NCBI GenBank assembly: GCA_016788185.1 | Contig: JAEUTF010000190.1 | Coordinates: 3,733 to 67,732 of the forward strand | Length of the DNA stretch: 64,000 bases | Reading direction: 5' to 3' | Source of the DNA: Bacteroidia bacterium | GTDB lineage: Bacteria; Bacteroidota; Bacteroidia; AKYH767-A; OLB10 | Shown here: positions 28,159-39,200 of the stretch, piece after piece | Layout: each line of letters opens with the position of its first letter | Position numbering within the stretch: the stretch's first letter is position 1 | The notes under the pieces: generated by a model | Databases searched by the model: none | What the model saw: the letters and a program-made list of their open reading frames with translations, nothing else | Told to the model about the DNA's origin: nothing | Program-made: the position numbers and the translations under genes

Positions 28159-28470
28159 TTAAGCAGAGATTTTTTCAATTTGAATTTTGGTGAGCGCCTG
28201 GCGGTGACCGTTCATTTTCTGGTATCCCTTGCGGCGCTTTTTCTTGAACACAAGCACCTTGTCACCTTTGAGGTGAGCGAGCACTTTTGCTGAAACAGAA
28301 GCACCCGATACCGTGGGAGCACCCACTTTAACAGATCCGTTGTCATCAACAAGAAGTACCTGGTCGAATTTGACAGAGTCGCCTTCACTGGCTTCGAGAC
28401 GGTGAACAAATACAGGTTTGTTTTCCTGCACTTTAAACTGCTGACCGGCAATATTTACAATAGCGTACAT
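28159..28470 (-). CDS. rplU: 50S ribosomal protein L21
   Basis: Canonical start MYAIVNIAGQQFKV at ATG 28470. The track ORF extends 15 codons further upstream. Confidence 0.95.
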   Translation of the reverse strand: MYAIVNIAGQQFKVQENKPVFVHRLEASEGDSVKFDQVLLVDDNGSVKVGAPTVSGASVSAKVLAHLKGDKVLVFKKKRRKGYQKMNGHRQALTKIQIEKISA

Positions 28471-28501
28471 GATCTTATGCTTATTTCCCGTAAAGGGAGG
28501 G

Positions 28502-28532
28502 CAAAGATACAGCAATTGTTTAAAATTAACAA
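28502..28532 (-). promoter_or_regulatory. Putative Bacteroidota-type promoter of rplU-rpmA
   Basis: The minus strand reads TTG (28532-28530), a 20-nt spacer, then TATCTTTG (28509-28502, matching TAnnTTTG). The -7 box ends 31 nt upstream of the rplU ATG. Confidence 0.5.
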
Positions 28533-28801
28533 AGCCTTGTGCAGAAAAGTATTTGCAATGCAGTCTTTTGATTTTCAGCGCTTTTAAAAGAATAGCCCGT
28601 GGAATTTCATTAAATATTTCAGTGAACTGGTCCCAGGTTCTTTACAGTTTCTTTCAGCTTCGGACCTTTGCCTTCGTGGCCATCCGGGAGGGGGCCGGAG
28701 GAAATGGAGATGAAAAAGCCCATCTTTGGATTGGCCAAGACCATTATTATATTACTGATAAACAATCTATTACCCTTTAAAACGCTTAAGCAGCAATACG
28801 A

Positions 28802-29704
28802 TCAGCCGGTTCTGCCTTTCCAACTGATCAGCCCCACGCCCAGAAGGATGGCCAGCATGGCCAACAAATGCAGTGGATGCAGAAGTTCCCCGTCGCTCAA
28901 TCCCCAGGCCAGGGCAATCACGGGCATCAGGTAGGTTACGGCTGAGGCAAAGAGGGGTCCGGCGGTTTTAACCAGATGGAAATAAAGGACGTTTGAAAGT
29001 GCTGTTCCGAACACGGAAAGTGTGGCGAGACTGGCAAAAGCCATGCCGGCCTCCGGGTGGGTGAAAAGGCGCGTGGTAAAATCGGTCGTGAAAAGATAGA
29101 TGCCATAAGGAATGCCAACTACCAGCAGGGAAACAGAAGAAATCAGGAGTGTATCCTGCCCGGAGAGAAAAGTCTTGATGGTGTTCACGCTGATCCCGTA
29201 ACAGCAGGTGGCGATGACAATGAGGGCTGCAAAGAACGCATCTGCGCCGACACCTCCACCCGACCGTACAAAAACAAGCCCGGCCGCACCCATGAAGCCA
29301 ATCAAGACACCGCTGATTTGACGGTTGCTGAACTTTGAATGAAAGAATAGTGAACCCAGCATCAGCGTAAAAACCGGGGTGAGGGCATTGAGCATGCCGG
29401 CCAGGTAGGATGAAATACGGGTTTGCGCGGTGGCGAAGAGGAAGGCCGGTATCCCACTCCCTACGGCACCCACCACCGCCATGTATCGGGCATGTTCCCA
29501 CTTCAGGGTTTTGAGCCTGCTGAAGCCGAGCGGCAACGAAGCCAGACAGGCCACCAGCATGCGGATGGAAGCCACCTGATCGGGTGCAAATGCCGTCAGT
29601 CCCTTTTTCATCAGGATGAACGAACTGCCCCAGATGAGGGCCAAAGCAAACAGCAGGAACCATTTGTTGCCCGTTGCTTTTCGAATGTTCCGATCCTCCT
29701 GCAT
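28802..29704 (-). CDS. EamA/DMT-family transporter
   Basis: 300 aa, 10 predicted TM helices in two EamA-like halves (LIWGSSFILMK...). Confidence 0.88.
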   Translation of the reverse strand: MQEDRNIRKATGNKWFLLFALALIWGSSFILMKKGLTAFAPDQVASIRMLVACLASLPLGFSRLKTLKWEHARYMAVVGAVGSGIPAFLFATAQTRISSYLAGMLNALTPVFTLMLGSLFFHSKFSNRQISGVLIGFMGAAGLVFVRSGGGVGADAFFAALIVIATCCYGISVNTIKTFLSGQDTLLISSVSLLVVGIPYGIYLFTTDFTTRLFTHPEAGMAFASLATLSVFGTALSNVLYFHLVKTAGPLFASAVTYLMPVIALAWGLSDGELLHPLHLLAMLAILLGVGLISWKGRTG

Positions 29705-29800
29705 GGTTTTTTACTCAGACCGTTGATTCTTCCTGTTAAATTCCACGGATCCGGCAGTTTTCAAATTGCCTGAACGGCTGATTCTCTTCATCCTGGTGGC

Positions 29801-31084
29801 TTAACGCCTTCCCTTGCTTTTAGGCATGGTTCTGCCCTTTACTTCCTTCTTATCGTGGAAGGCCCCTTTGAATTCCGGGTTTTCCTTGCGTTTCTGCCGG
29901 TCAATTTCACGCAGCATTTCCTGTTGCTCTTCATAGGGGGTTTCCGGAATTTCCACATTCCGGGGCACCTTCACCTGGGGGATTTTCTGACGGATGAGTT
30001 TTTCAATCTGCTCCAGATGATAGCGGTCGGCCATGTTCACGAAGGTAAGGCTGACCCCGGTCTTGAAGGCTCTACCGGTACGGCCTATACGATGAACATA
30101 ATCTTCGTAAATCACCGGCGTATCGAAATTGACCACATGCGTCACATCCGGAATATCCAGCCCGCGTGCGGCCAGGTCGGTGGTCACCAGCAGCCGCACC
30201 TCATCGTTCCGGAAGCGAAGCATGGAATTGATACGCGTCTGCTGCGTTTTATTCCCGTGAATGACCAGCACATTTTCCTCGCCGTACAGCCGCTGCAGGT
30301 ATTTACCCAGACTCGAGGCAATGGCTTTTGTTTTGCAGAATACGATAACTTTTTTCATGCCTGCTTCGTCCTTCAGCAATTCCATCAGCAGGTTCAGCTT
30401 TGCACGCATATTGGGCAAGCTGTACCAGGCCTGGCTGACCGTCTCGGCGGTCTTTACTTCAGGCTGAATGTGAATCTCGATGGGGAAGTCGAGAAAGTCG
30501 GCGGCGATTTTCCGGACCAAATCCGACATGGTGGCTGAAAAGAGCAGGTTCTGTCTTTTCTGCGGCATGGTTTCCAGGATCCGGTGAAACTGCCCGATAA
30601 AACTTTTGTCCATCAGGCGTTCCGCCTCGTCGAGAACCAGGTACTTTATTTTTTTTGCCTGAATGTGTCCTTCCAGATACAGGTCGAGGTAGCGACCCGG
30701 AGACGCGACCAGGATGTCGATGCCCTTTTTAATGGCTGCAATCTGATCCTTGGCGCCCTGCCCGCCAAACACCACGGCATAGCGCAGGTCGGTATATTTA
30801 CTCAGGTCGCGGATGGTATTTCCTACCTGGATACTCAATTCACGGGTGGGGACAATGATCAGCGCCCTGGCATCGTTTCCCTGCGCATAATTCAGAATAC
30901 GCAGGAGGGGTAGCAGATAGGCGGCCGTTTTTCCGGTACCTGTTTGTGATACCCCCAAAACATCCTGCCCGCCGAGAATGGCGGGTATCGCCTTTTGTTG
31001 GATGGCAGTGGCCTGCTCATATCCCAAATCTGCCACGGCATCAAGCAATTGGCGGTTCAATCTAAACTCACGAAAGGAAATCAC
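29801..31084 (-). CDS. DEAD-box-family ATP-dependent RNA helicase (motif II reads DEAE)
   Basis: Q motif (FREF...TAIQQKAIP), motif I SQTGTGKTAAY, motif II VLDEAERL, motif III SAT, motif VI HRIGRTGR, and a basic C-tail. There is no ATG at the N-terminus, so the start is either GTG 31084 (preferred) or TTG 31123. Confidence 0.88.
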   Translation of the reverse strand: MISFREFRLNRQLLDAVADLGYEQATAIQQKAIPAILGGQDVLGVSQTGTGKTAAYLLPLLRILNYAQGNDARALIIVPTRELSIQVGNTIRDLSKYTDLRYAVVFGGQGAKDQIAAIKKGIDILVASPGRYLDLYLEGHIQAKKIKYLVLDEAERLMDKSFIGQFHRILETMPQKRQNLLFSATMSDLVRKIAADFLDFPIEIHIQPEVKTAETVSQAWYSLPNMRAKLNLLMELLKDEAGMKKVIVFCKTKAIASSLGKYLQRLYGEENVLVIHGNKTQQTRINSMLRFRNDEVRLLVTTDLAARGLDIPDVTHVVNFDTPVIYEDYVHRIGRTGRAFKTGVSLTFVNMADRYHLEQIEKLIRQKIPQVKVPRNVEIPETPYEEQQEMLREIDRQKRKENPEFKGAFHDKKEVKGRTMPKSKGRR

Positions 31085-31363
31085 CCTGCGAAAGTAGAGA
31101 AAAGCGGAGGCTGATCTTTTCAATCAGGCTTTAAAATGACCGGCCCAGCGGCTTTTTTGCCAGAATCCGAATCAACGGGGCTGATCCATGAAAGGATCAA
31201 CATGAAAAAAGGACTCGATATTAATATTTTCCTCATGATCTTCCGGCAGCATCCTCCTATCTTTGCCCGAAATAGCAGTCAAAACAATATCCTGAACCGG
31301 CAACCCTTCGCTCATTTTTACAGTATAAAAAATTTCCTGGTCCATTCAGATTTCTTTAACGGA

Positions 31364-33700
31364 ATGAAACGCATCCATCTCTTTACTTTTTTACTCCTGA
31401 TGTTCTTCTCGGCTGGCCAGATGGCTGTGGCTCAGAATGATTTACCCGTTCCCACAGCGAATATACAGGCGGTTAAAAACGGTTCGCTGGTGATTCCCAT
31501 GGACACCCTCAATCAGCGTCGGCCGGGCTATTTCAACCTGAAGGCCTATGGCCTGGTCAACACCTTGCTTCAAAATGAGATTCCGGTAAAATGGGTGATC
31601 AAAAGCGGAAAAACCCGCACCTCTGCAGGATCCATTGATTTTACGGCCAACCTGACGAGGGTTTTTCCGGATACCGCATCGCTGGGGACCCTGCCGCTGC
31701 GTTCCGGAGCCTTTGTCATCGACAGCGCCTGGCTGCCGCAGGCATTGCCGCTCATCGCGGCGTACGCCAACGATGTAATCGTATACCGATTCAACGCAAA
31801 CGTAAATCTGGATGTCAGGTATACGCTGACCCACAAGCCACGTATTCTTTTGCTGAACTCGATGGGCTTTGACACCATTGCCGTAAAATACTTGCAGGAA
31901 GCCGGCTTTGATCCGGGATCCTACAAATTGCAATTGCCGGCCGGGAGCGGACTGGATCCGAATGGCAACTGGTCGCTGATTTCCGAAACGCACCTCCACA
32001 CTTCGGATACCGCCCTGCTCAATCCTCTGCTACGTTACAGCGTACAACGGGGGGCCAACCTCCTTTTATCCTGTACCAGCCTGGGATCGATGGAGAACAG
32101 TACCTACACCATGACCACAGCCGGCATCGATTCCTTTTCCACGGGGCTTGCCGCCGTGAATTATCTCAATGCGGATCTGCCGATCGCACAGTTCCTCGGA
32201 CCCATCATGTCACCGAACGGCGAATACAAAATCTGGAAGCCGAAAGCCGGAAGCAGCTTGCGCAGCAATGCCTATGAAATCATGCGGGGGACCACCGGAG
32301 GACTCTTGTATACCATGGCCGGTATGAAAATGCGTCCCAACACATTGGCCGGCGGCAACCTTTTTTACATTTCCGGACATGAACATTATCAATGGGCCGC
32401 GCCAAGCGGTTCCATCAATGACAACAACCGCATCAACGGGCGACGGATATTTCTGAATTCGGTTTTCATTCCGGCCAGTGACTCCATTGATCAAATCGAT
32501 TTCAAAACGGATGTCCTGGTGAGCATTTTCGCCCAGGCAGGGCTGGCGGTGAAGTATGAAGATTTTAAAATTTACATTGTGGCTTCCAACAGCGGCCCCG
32601 GACGGGCGCGTTCCCTTACTGTTGACGCCCTCCTTCCTGCCGGATTGACTTACAAAAGCCACAGCAGTACCTATGGTAATTTTAATCCCCTCAGTGGTGT
32701 ATGGGCCCTGGATTCACTGACAAAAAATCAGAGCGATACACTGGTGTTGAATGTCGCGATCAACCAGCTGGGCACTATGAAGTACATCACCACCATCAGC
32801 AATTCCTCCTACGAACCGAATAAACTGAACAATACCGACACACTGGTACTCTTCGGCGTCAGCCGGCCGGTAGCACTCAACGATACCATCCCATTCACCG
32901 CTCCGCTATTTGTTGACTATCCCGTTAAAACAAATGACAGCGATGAAGACGGGGGGCCCTTTGGCAACACGAGTATCCTCGCTGGCCCCTTCCATGGAAC
33001 CGCAGCTGTATTCAACAATGATTCCATCCGTTACACACTCACTGCTTCCGGATATACGGGTACCGACAGCCTGCAATACCTGAGTTGTGACAATTACCCC
33101 CTTTGCGATACCGCCTGGTTTTTTATTCAGATTGCCTCTCCCCTGCCCGTCAGCCTGGTGAACTTCAGCGGCAGCCGCCGGGAGCACCTGGTGCGGCTGG
33201 AGTGGTACACACTTTCGGAAAAAGACAACGATCATTTTGACATCGAACGCAGCAGCAACGGGCAACAGTTTGAAAAGCGGGGTTCAGTTGCCGGAGCCGG
33301 CAACAGCAACACCCCCCTCCGCTACACGTTTGACGATCCCGGCAATGATGCTCCGGTGCTGTATTACCGTCTGCAACAAACCGATTTTGACGGGACACGA
33401 TCCGTATCTAACGTTATTGCCTTGCCGATATATGGACGAAACGGTTTCTCGGCATCCATTTATCCGAACCCCGGTGACGGAACCCTTCAGGTGATCCGCG
33501 CAGAAGGAGTCAGCGGCACCCTCACGCTGACCATCAGCGACCTTGGCGGAAGAACGATTTCCGAAAAATCATGGGAATGCGACCCGAACGGCCTGGTGCT
33601 GGAGGTACTGGAAAATCATGAAAAACCGGCTCCCGGATGTTATGTCGCCACCTTCCGCACCGCTATGAACAGCAAATCCCTGAAGCTGATTATCCGATAG
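31364..33700 (+). CDS. Large secreted multidomain protein with T9SS type A C-terminal sorting domain
   Basis: ATG 31364 gives the signal MKRIHLFTFLLLMFFSAGQMAVAQ. The domains are, in order:
- an unrecognised N-terminal region of about 430 aa
- a DUF11-like segment (SNSGPGRARSLTVDALLPAGLTY...)
- a cadherin/Ig-like segment (ALNDTIPF...KTNDSDEDG)
- a conserved LPVSLVNFSG...YYRLQQTDFDG module
- a CTD (IYPNPGDGTLQVI...LTISDLGGRTI...). Confidence 0.8.
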   Translation: MKRIHLFTFLLLMFFSAGQMAVAQNDLPVPTANIQAVKNGSLVIPMDTLNQRRPGYFNLKAYGLVNTLLQNEIPVKWVIKSGKTRTSAGSIDFTANLTRVFPDTASLGTLPLRSGAFVIDSAWLPQALPLIAAYANDVIVYRFNANVNLDVRYTLTHKPRILLLNSMGFDTIAVKYLQEAGFDPGSYKLQLPAGSGLDPNGNWSLISETHLHTSDTALLNPLLRYSVQRGANLLLSCTSLGSMENSTYTMTTAGIDSFSTGLAAVNYLNADLPIAQFLGPIMSPNGEYKIWKPKAGSSLRSNAYEIMRGTTGGLLYTMAGMKMRPNTLAGGNLFYISGHEHYQWAAPSGSINDNNRINGRRIFLNSVFIPASDSIDQIDFKTDVLVSIFAQAGLAVKYEDFKIYIVASNSGPGRARSLTVDALLPAGLTYKSHSSTYGNFNPLSGVWALDSLTKNQSDTLVLNVAINQLGTMKYITTISNSSYEPNKLNNTDTLVLFGVSRPVALNDTIPFTAPLFVDYPVKTNDSDEDGGPFGNTSILAGPFHGTAAVFNNDSIRYTLTASGYTGTDSLQYLSCDNYPLCDTAWFFIQIASPLPVSLVNFSGSRREHLVRLEWYTLSEKDNDHFDIERSSNGQQFEKRGSVAGAGNSNTPLRYTFDDPGNDAPVLYYRLQQTDFDGTRSVSNVIALPIYGRNGFSASIYPNPGDGTLQVIRAEGVSGTLTLTISDLGGRTISEKSWECDPNGLVLEVLENHEKPAPGCYVATFRTAMNSKSLKLIIR

Positions 33701-33725
33701 GAAGAGAGAAAGAGTCTTTGCCCTG

Positions 33726-36164
33726 TCAGGCTTTGCGGATCACGGCACCCAACCGGGTTTCAAACTGCTTCATGAGTTTGTTCATCACGGCATCAATCTG
33801 TTTGTCCTGAAGCGTGCTTTCTTCGTCGCGAAGAATAAAACTCAGGGCATAGGATTTTTTACCCTGCTCAATTTTCTCTCCTTCGTACACATCAAAGAGA
33901 TTGACCGCGCGCAACAGCCTGGGCTCCGTTTGGTAGGCGAGTTGCTCGAGATCAGCATAGAGGACACCCCTATCCAGCAGCATGGAGAGATCGCGGCGCA
34001 CCTCCGGAAACCTGGGCGGACCCGGAACTTCAGGGTCTTCCGCCTTCAGGACGCGGAACAAGGCCTCCAGCCGGATATCGGCATACCAGACACCCTGCGA
34101 AATGTCCATGGATTTCAGGATGCGCTTCTCCACGCGTCCGGCAGTAGCCAGCAGTGTTTTACCGGCATAATACGTCAGACTGTCCTCCAGTCCTTCCGTC
34201 TTTTCCTGCTTCATGCTCAGCTGACTTCTCACTTCCAGTCCGGCATGGGTGAATACATTTTCCAAGACGGCTTTGATAAAATAAATATCATAGCTGCCGG
34301 CCTTTACTTTCCAGTGCTCCGGGGTCGGGTCGCCACTCAGCCAGAGGCAAAGGTGCTGCTCCTCGAGGTAGACAGTCCCGGACTTCATGTAGGTCTTTCC
34401 CCATTCGAAAAAGCGAAGATCTTTCTGCCGACGGTTGATGTTATAGGCCACGGCTTCCAGCCCCGTCAGCATCATCTGGTGCCGCAGCAAGGCCAGATCA
34501 CCCGACAAAGGATTAAGGACTTCCACCGCGCGCTTCCCCTCCGGGAGTTTCATGGTTTCAAGGTAGGAGAGTTTCGTCAGGCTATTGGTCAGAATTTCAC
34601 GGAATCCATGCGCCACGAGGGCGCTGCCGCTGCGTTCAAGGATTTCCTCCATGTCCGGCCGGCTGACCCGGCCCGGGGTAATGGAGATTTTTTTCGGCAA
34701 CCCGATGTTGTTATACCCATAGATCCGCAGCACTTCTTCCGCCAGATCCGCGGCACGCGTCACATCCACCCTGTAAGGCGGAACGGTAAGCAGGAGCCAG
34801 TCACTCTGATCTTCAATGATCCGGACATCCAGGCTTTCAAGAATACGGATTACCTCGTGTCGGGGCAGTTCATCCCCGATGATCGTTTTCAGGTAATCGA
34901 ACGACAGATTAACCTTTCGGTCTTCGACCTTCACCGGGTACAGATCGGTGATGGTGCTGCTCACTTCACCGCCTGCCAGCTCTGTGATCAAAACGGCGGC
35001 ACGCTTCAGGGCAGTAAGGGTCATGTTGGGATCAGTACCCCGCTCAAAACGGAAGGAAGAATCCGTATGCAGGCCGTGCTGTCTGGCCGACTTCCTCACC
35101 TGCACCGGATGAAAACAGGCGCTTTCCAGGAAAAGGTGTGTCGTATTTTCACTCACACCCGAATCCATTCCGCCAAAAACACCGGCGATGCACATCCCCG
35201 AAACCGCATCATTAATCATGAGTTCCGAACCTTGCAGCACACGCTCTGTCTCGTCCAGGGTTTTAAAAACGGTTCCGGCCGGAAGTGTCCCCACACGGAT
35301 CCTGTTTCCTCTGATGCCCGAAACGTCAAATGCATGCAGCGGCTGTCCCAATTCATGCATCACGTAATTGGTCACATCCACCACATTGTTGATCGGACGG
35401 AGCCCGATACTTTTCAACCGATGTTGCAGCCACTCGGGAGAGGGCCCAACCTTGACTCCTTTTATCTCGACACCGGAATAACGGATACAGGCTTCCGGAT
35501 CATCAATCTGCACGGTGATGGAGGGGACTTCCGCAGCCGCTCTGAATCCACTCACATCGGGCATGCGCAGCGGAACGGGGTCATGGATACTCAGCAGTGC
35601 CCGGATATCCCTTGCTACGCCCAGGTGGGAGGCGGCATCGGCGCGGTTGGGCGTCAGGCCGATCTCAAAAATCCAGTCCTGCGACACGTTGAAATACTCC
35701 GCGGCCGGTGTTCCTGCGCCGAGATGATCAGGCAGAATCATGATCCCCGCGTGCGAGTTGCCCAGTCCGATCTCATCTTCGGCACAGATCATTCCTTCAG
35801 AAACCTCACCCCGGATCTTCGACTTTTTAATTTCAAAAGGTTCGGCACCGGCGGGATATAATTTCGCACCCGGCAGGGCGACCACTACCGTCTGGCCTGC
35901 AGCCACATTGGGTGCACCACACACAATTTGCCGGACCAATCCATCGCCCGCATCCACGGTCGTTACACTCAGGCGGTCGGCATTCGGATGCCGGCTACAG
36001 GTCAGCACCTTTCCAATGACCAATCCCTGCAGTCCGCCTGTCACACTCTCCCAGGATGCTAAATGCTCGACCTCCAGACCACAATCGGTGAGCGCCTTCG
36101 AAAGTTCTTCCGGAGTATGGGTAAAATCAACAAATTGCTTCAGCCAGCTGTATGAAATTTTCAT
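33726..36164 (-). CDS. pheT: Phenylalanine--tRNA ligase beta subunit
   Basis: Canonical N-terminus MKISYSWLKQFV at ATG 36164, tRNA-binding domain (GKVLTCSRHPNADRLSVTTVD), B3/4 and B5 regions, and about 812 aa. Confidence 0.95.
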   Translation of the reverse strand: MKISYSWLKQFVDFTHTPEELSKALTDCGLEVEHLASWESVTGGLQGLVIGKVLTCSRHPNADRLSVTTVDAGDGLVRQIVCGAPNVAAGQTVVVALPGAKLYPAGAEPFEIKKSKIRGEVSEGMICAEDEIGLGNSHAGIMILPDHLGAGTPAAEYFNVSQDWIFEIGLTPNRADAASHLGVARDIRALLSIHDPVPLRMPDVSGFRAAAEVPSITVQIDDPEACIRYSGVEIKGVKVGPSPEWLQHRLKSIGLRPINNVVDVTNYVMHELGQPLHAFDVSGIRGNRIRVGTLPAGTVFKTLDETERVLQGSELMINDAVSGMCIAGVFGGMDSGVSENTTHLFLESACFHPVQVRKSARQHGLHTDSSFRFERGTDPNMTLTALKRAAVLITELAGGEVSSTITDLYPVKVEDRKVNLSFDYLKTIIGDELPRHEVIRILESLDVRIIEDQSDWLLLTVPPYRVDVTRAADLAEEVLRIYGYNNIGLPKKISITPGRVSRPDMEEILERSGSALVAHGFREILTNSLTKLSYLETMKLPEGKRAVEVLNPLSGDLALLRHQMMLTGLEAVAYNINRRQKDLRFFEWGKTYMKSGTVYLEEQHLCLWLSGDPTPEHWKVKAGSYDIYFIKAVLENVFTHAGLEVRSQLSMKQEKTEGLEDSLTYYAGKTLLATAGRVEKRILKSMDISQGVWYADIRLEALFRVLKAEDPEVPGPPRFPEVRRDLSMLLDRGVLYADLEQLAYQTEPRLLRAVNLFDVYEGEKIEQGKKSYALSFILRDEESTLQDKQIDAVMNKLMKQFETRLGAVIRKA

Positions 36165-36228
36165 TGGGAATGAATTTGATGACAAAAATACCAAATCAGA
36201 GCCACTTGGAAAACCCGGCCATCCATAC

Positions 36229-36265
36229 AAAACCCCGCCGGACTCCTGGAAGAACGCGGGGTTTT
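36229..36265 (-). terminator. Rho-independent terminator of the giant adhesin gene
   Basis: AAAACCCCGC (36229-36238) / GCGGGGTTTT (36256-36265) forms a 10-bp stem with a 17-nt loop, 21 nt downstream of the stop at 36286. T-rich on the minus strand. Confidence 0.7.
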
Positions 36266-36285
36266 AACCTGAGAGAAATTTAATT

Positions 36286-39200
36286 TTATCGTCTTAACAC
36301 AACGAAACCATTGCGTACGGCATCCCCGTTACCGGGATCAAGCACATAGTAATAGGTGCCGTCGGGTAGTTCTTCACCCATCTTGATGAGATCAACATTG
36401 GACAAACCGCTCCAGCTGTTGTTGTAACGGTCCATCTCAAACACCAGGGCGCCCCAGCGGTTGAAGATCTTCAGATTGCAATTGGGATAGCGGTCAATAT
36501 CGGTGATGGTAAAATAATCATTGAATCCATCGTTATTGGGTGAGAAGCCGGAGGGTATTTCAAGGGAATCACAAATCACATTCACCAGCACCGTATCCGT
36601 TCCCGCGCAACCGTTCGCGTCTGTCCCGGTCACCACAAACGAGGTGGTTACAGCAACGCTGATTTCGGTGGAAGGCTGGTCAGGGGTGGTGCACCATGCA
36701 GCGGGTGTCCAGCTGTAATTTTGTGCACCCACCGCGGTGAGGGTAAGTACTGAATCACAGCTGATCGTCGCATCACTGCCCGCGGATACGAGCGGGAGGG
36801 GATTCTCCGTAAGGGTGACGGGACCGTCGGTGAACAGACCACAACCGGAGTTTACCGAAAGGGCGTAATCGCCACCGGCAGTGACCACCAGCTGATGCGT
36901 GGTATCAGCAGGCATTACATTGCCATTCTGGTACCACTGGTAACTGAGTCCGGTGTAATACGGAACGCTCAGCAGCAGGCTGTCGCCTTCACAGAACATT
37001 GTACCGGACAAGGCGATGCTGACGGCGGAAGAATCCTGCAAGGTATAGTTCACGGTGCTTACGCAACCGATCGAATCTGTTACCATTAACTGATAGACCC
37101 CTGCATAGAGGCTGTCGATTTGTCCCAGCGTATCTCCATTGCTCCAGAGGTATGCCAGAGGAGCCATGCCCCCGCTGGCCGTTATCTGCACCGAGCCGAG
37201 AGCACCGCTGATGCAATACGGATCGCTTACCAGGGCATTGATGACGATGGGGGTTGAAAGTTCTGTAATGGTATCGGTAAGGACGAGTGTGCAGGCATTG
37301 GTATCGCGGATGGTAACGGTATATACCCCCGCAAGCAGGTTGACCAGCAGGCTGTCGGCAGCACCGTTGCTCCAGGCATAGGTATAGCCGGGAGTACCGC
37401 CATTGACGGACACGAGGATGGTTCCGCTGCTGTCGCCATAGCATGCAATATCGTTGCCGCTGATCACTGCGGAAAGCGGTGCGGCCGGGGCGGACACAGA
37501 ATCGCTCAAGGCGAGGATGCAACCGTTGCTGTCGGTAACGGTTACCTGGTACACTCCTGCCAGGAGTGAATCAAGGTCTTCCTCCGTGCTGCCGTTGTTC
37601 CATGACCATGAATAGGGTGATGTACCTCCGGAAACCTGCAGGTCGATGGCACCACTGGTATCTCCATAACACAGGATGGGTTGTACCACGGTGATGCCGG
37701 CCAATGGGGCGGCGGGCCCACTCACGGTATCACTCAGTACCAGGACACATCCGTTGGAATCGAGGATGCTCACTGTATATACACCGGCGGCCAGGCTGTC
37801 GAGATCCTCATCGGTGGAGCCATTGCTCCAGGAATAGCTGTAGGTGCCGGGATTGACCATGCTGATATCGATCGTGCCGCTGCTGTCACCGTAACAAAGG
37901 ATGGCCGTGGCAGTGCTGGTAGCCTGTGCCAAAGCATGTACATAAATCAGCATCCAGGCGGTATCGCAGGCAGCAGGCGTCTGCTGGTCGCAGATCACGT
38001 ATTGCAGGCTGTCCCAGCCCGCACTACCCGGATTCGACGTGTATATTATTTCCTGACCGGGCGATACCAGTGCGGCGCCGTTCAGGGGCGGAGTGAGGAT
38101 AGCGAGTGAAAGAGAATCTCCTTCCGGATCAAAATCATTGGCCAACACGATAGCGATCAGCGCGTCACCCGAACAATTGTAGGCGGTGTCGTTTATCGCA
38201 ACCGGCGGATCATTATCCGGAACCACCGTGATCACCACGATGGCCGTATCACAAAGAGCAGGAAGCGGGAAGCCCGAATCGCAGATCGCATAGATCAGGG
38301 TGTCGGAACCGGTGAAGTTGGAATCAGGGCAATAGGTGAGTATGCCGGTCAGCGGATCGAGGCTATAGGTACCGTTAGCAGGACCCGATAAAATGACCAG
38401 CGTATTCAGGTCAATCATGTTCTCCACATCCGAATCATTGGCCAGCACAGCCACCTGAATGCAGGAGTCTTCGGGGGTGGAAACAAAATCATCCACGGCC
38501 AGCGGAGCATCGTTGACAGGAGTCACCGTAATAAGGATCCAGGCACTGTCGCAGTATACGGGCATCCCGCTGTCGCAAACCGTGTAAAAAACCGAGTCCT
38601 GTCCATAAAAATCCGGTGCAGGGGTATAGCTGATCTGACCGCCGGGCAGGATGGTCGCCGTTCCGTTAAAGGGTCCCAGCAGTACCGCTACCGAAGCCGG
38701 GTTGATGTTGGTATCAGGATCTGAATCGTTGAGGAGCACATCGATCACCAGGGGCGTATCTTCCGCTGTAGTCACGGTATCGTTTTGTGCATCGGGCGGA
38801 TTGTTCACCCAAATGGTGATGGTGTCGCTATCCGTGCACCCCAGACTGTCGGTCACCGTGAGTACAAACGTGGTTGTCACATTCACGGTCACGGAAGGGT
38901 TGGCGAGGGTACTATCGTTCAGTGCGGCGCCGGGATTCCATTGCCAGGTATAACTACCCGTACCTCCGCTGGCGGAGGGACTGCCTCCCAGTATTACATT
39001 GGTGCCACTCAGTACAAACTGGTCGGCACCGGCATCAGCCTGCGGGAGCGGGTTGATCAGAACAATGACGGTATCCGAACTCTGGCATGCGCCGTTGATG
39101 ATGTTCCATACAAATTCATTGATGCCGGGCTGCAGGTTGCTGACGGTGGAATTCTCACTACCGGGATTGTCGACCAAGGCGGCTCCAGAAGAGGTCCACA

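Noticed and set aside
31136-31363. 76-codon N-terminal extension of the 854-aa ORF.
   Set aside because: The extension has no signal or motifs and spans the divergent promoter region. ATG 31364 yields a clean signal peptide, as expected for a T9SS cargo protein.
33701-33725. The convergent T9SS-cargo and pheT genes are separated by only 25 bp with no hairpin, raising the question of a missing terminator or mis-annotated ends.
   Set aside because: Both stops are unambiguous in their frames. The absence of a hairpin is not informative on its own, so I did not pursue it.
33930-35861. 643-aa plus-strand ORF.
   Set aside because: It is antisense to pheT, which is clearly identified on the minus strand. 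The translation is Arg/Gly/His-rich with no motifs.
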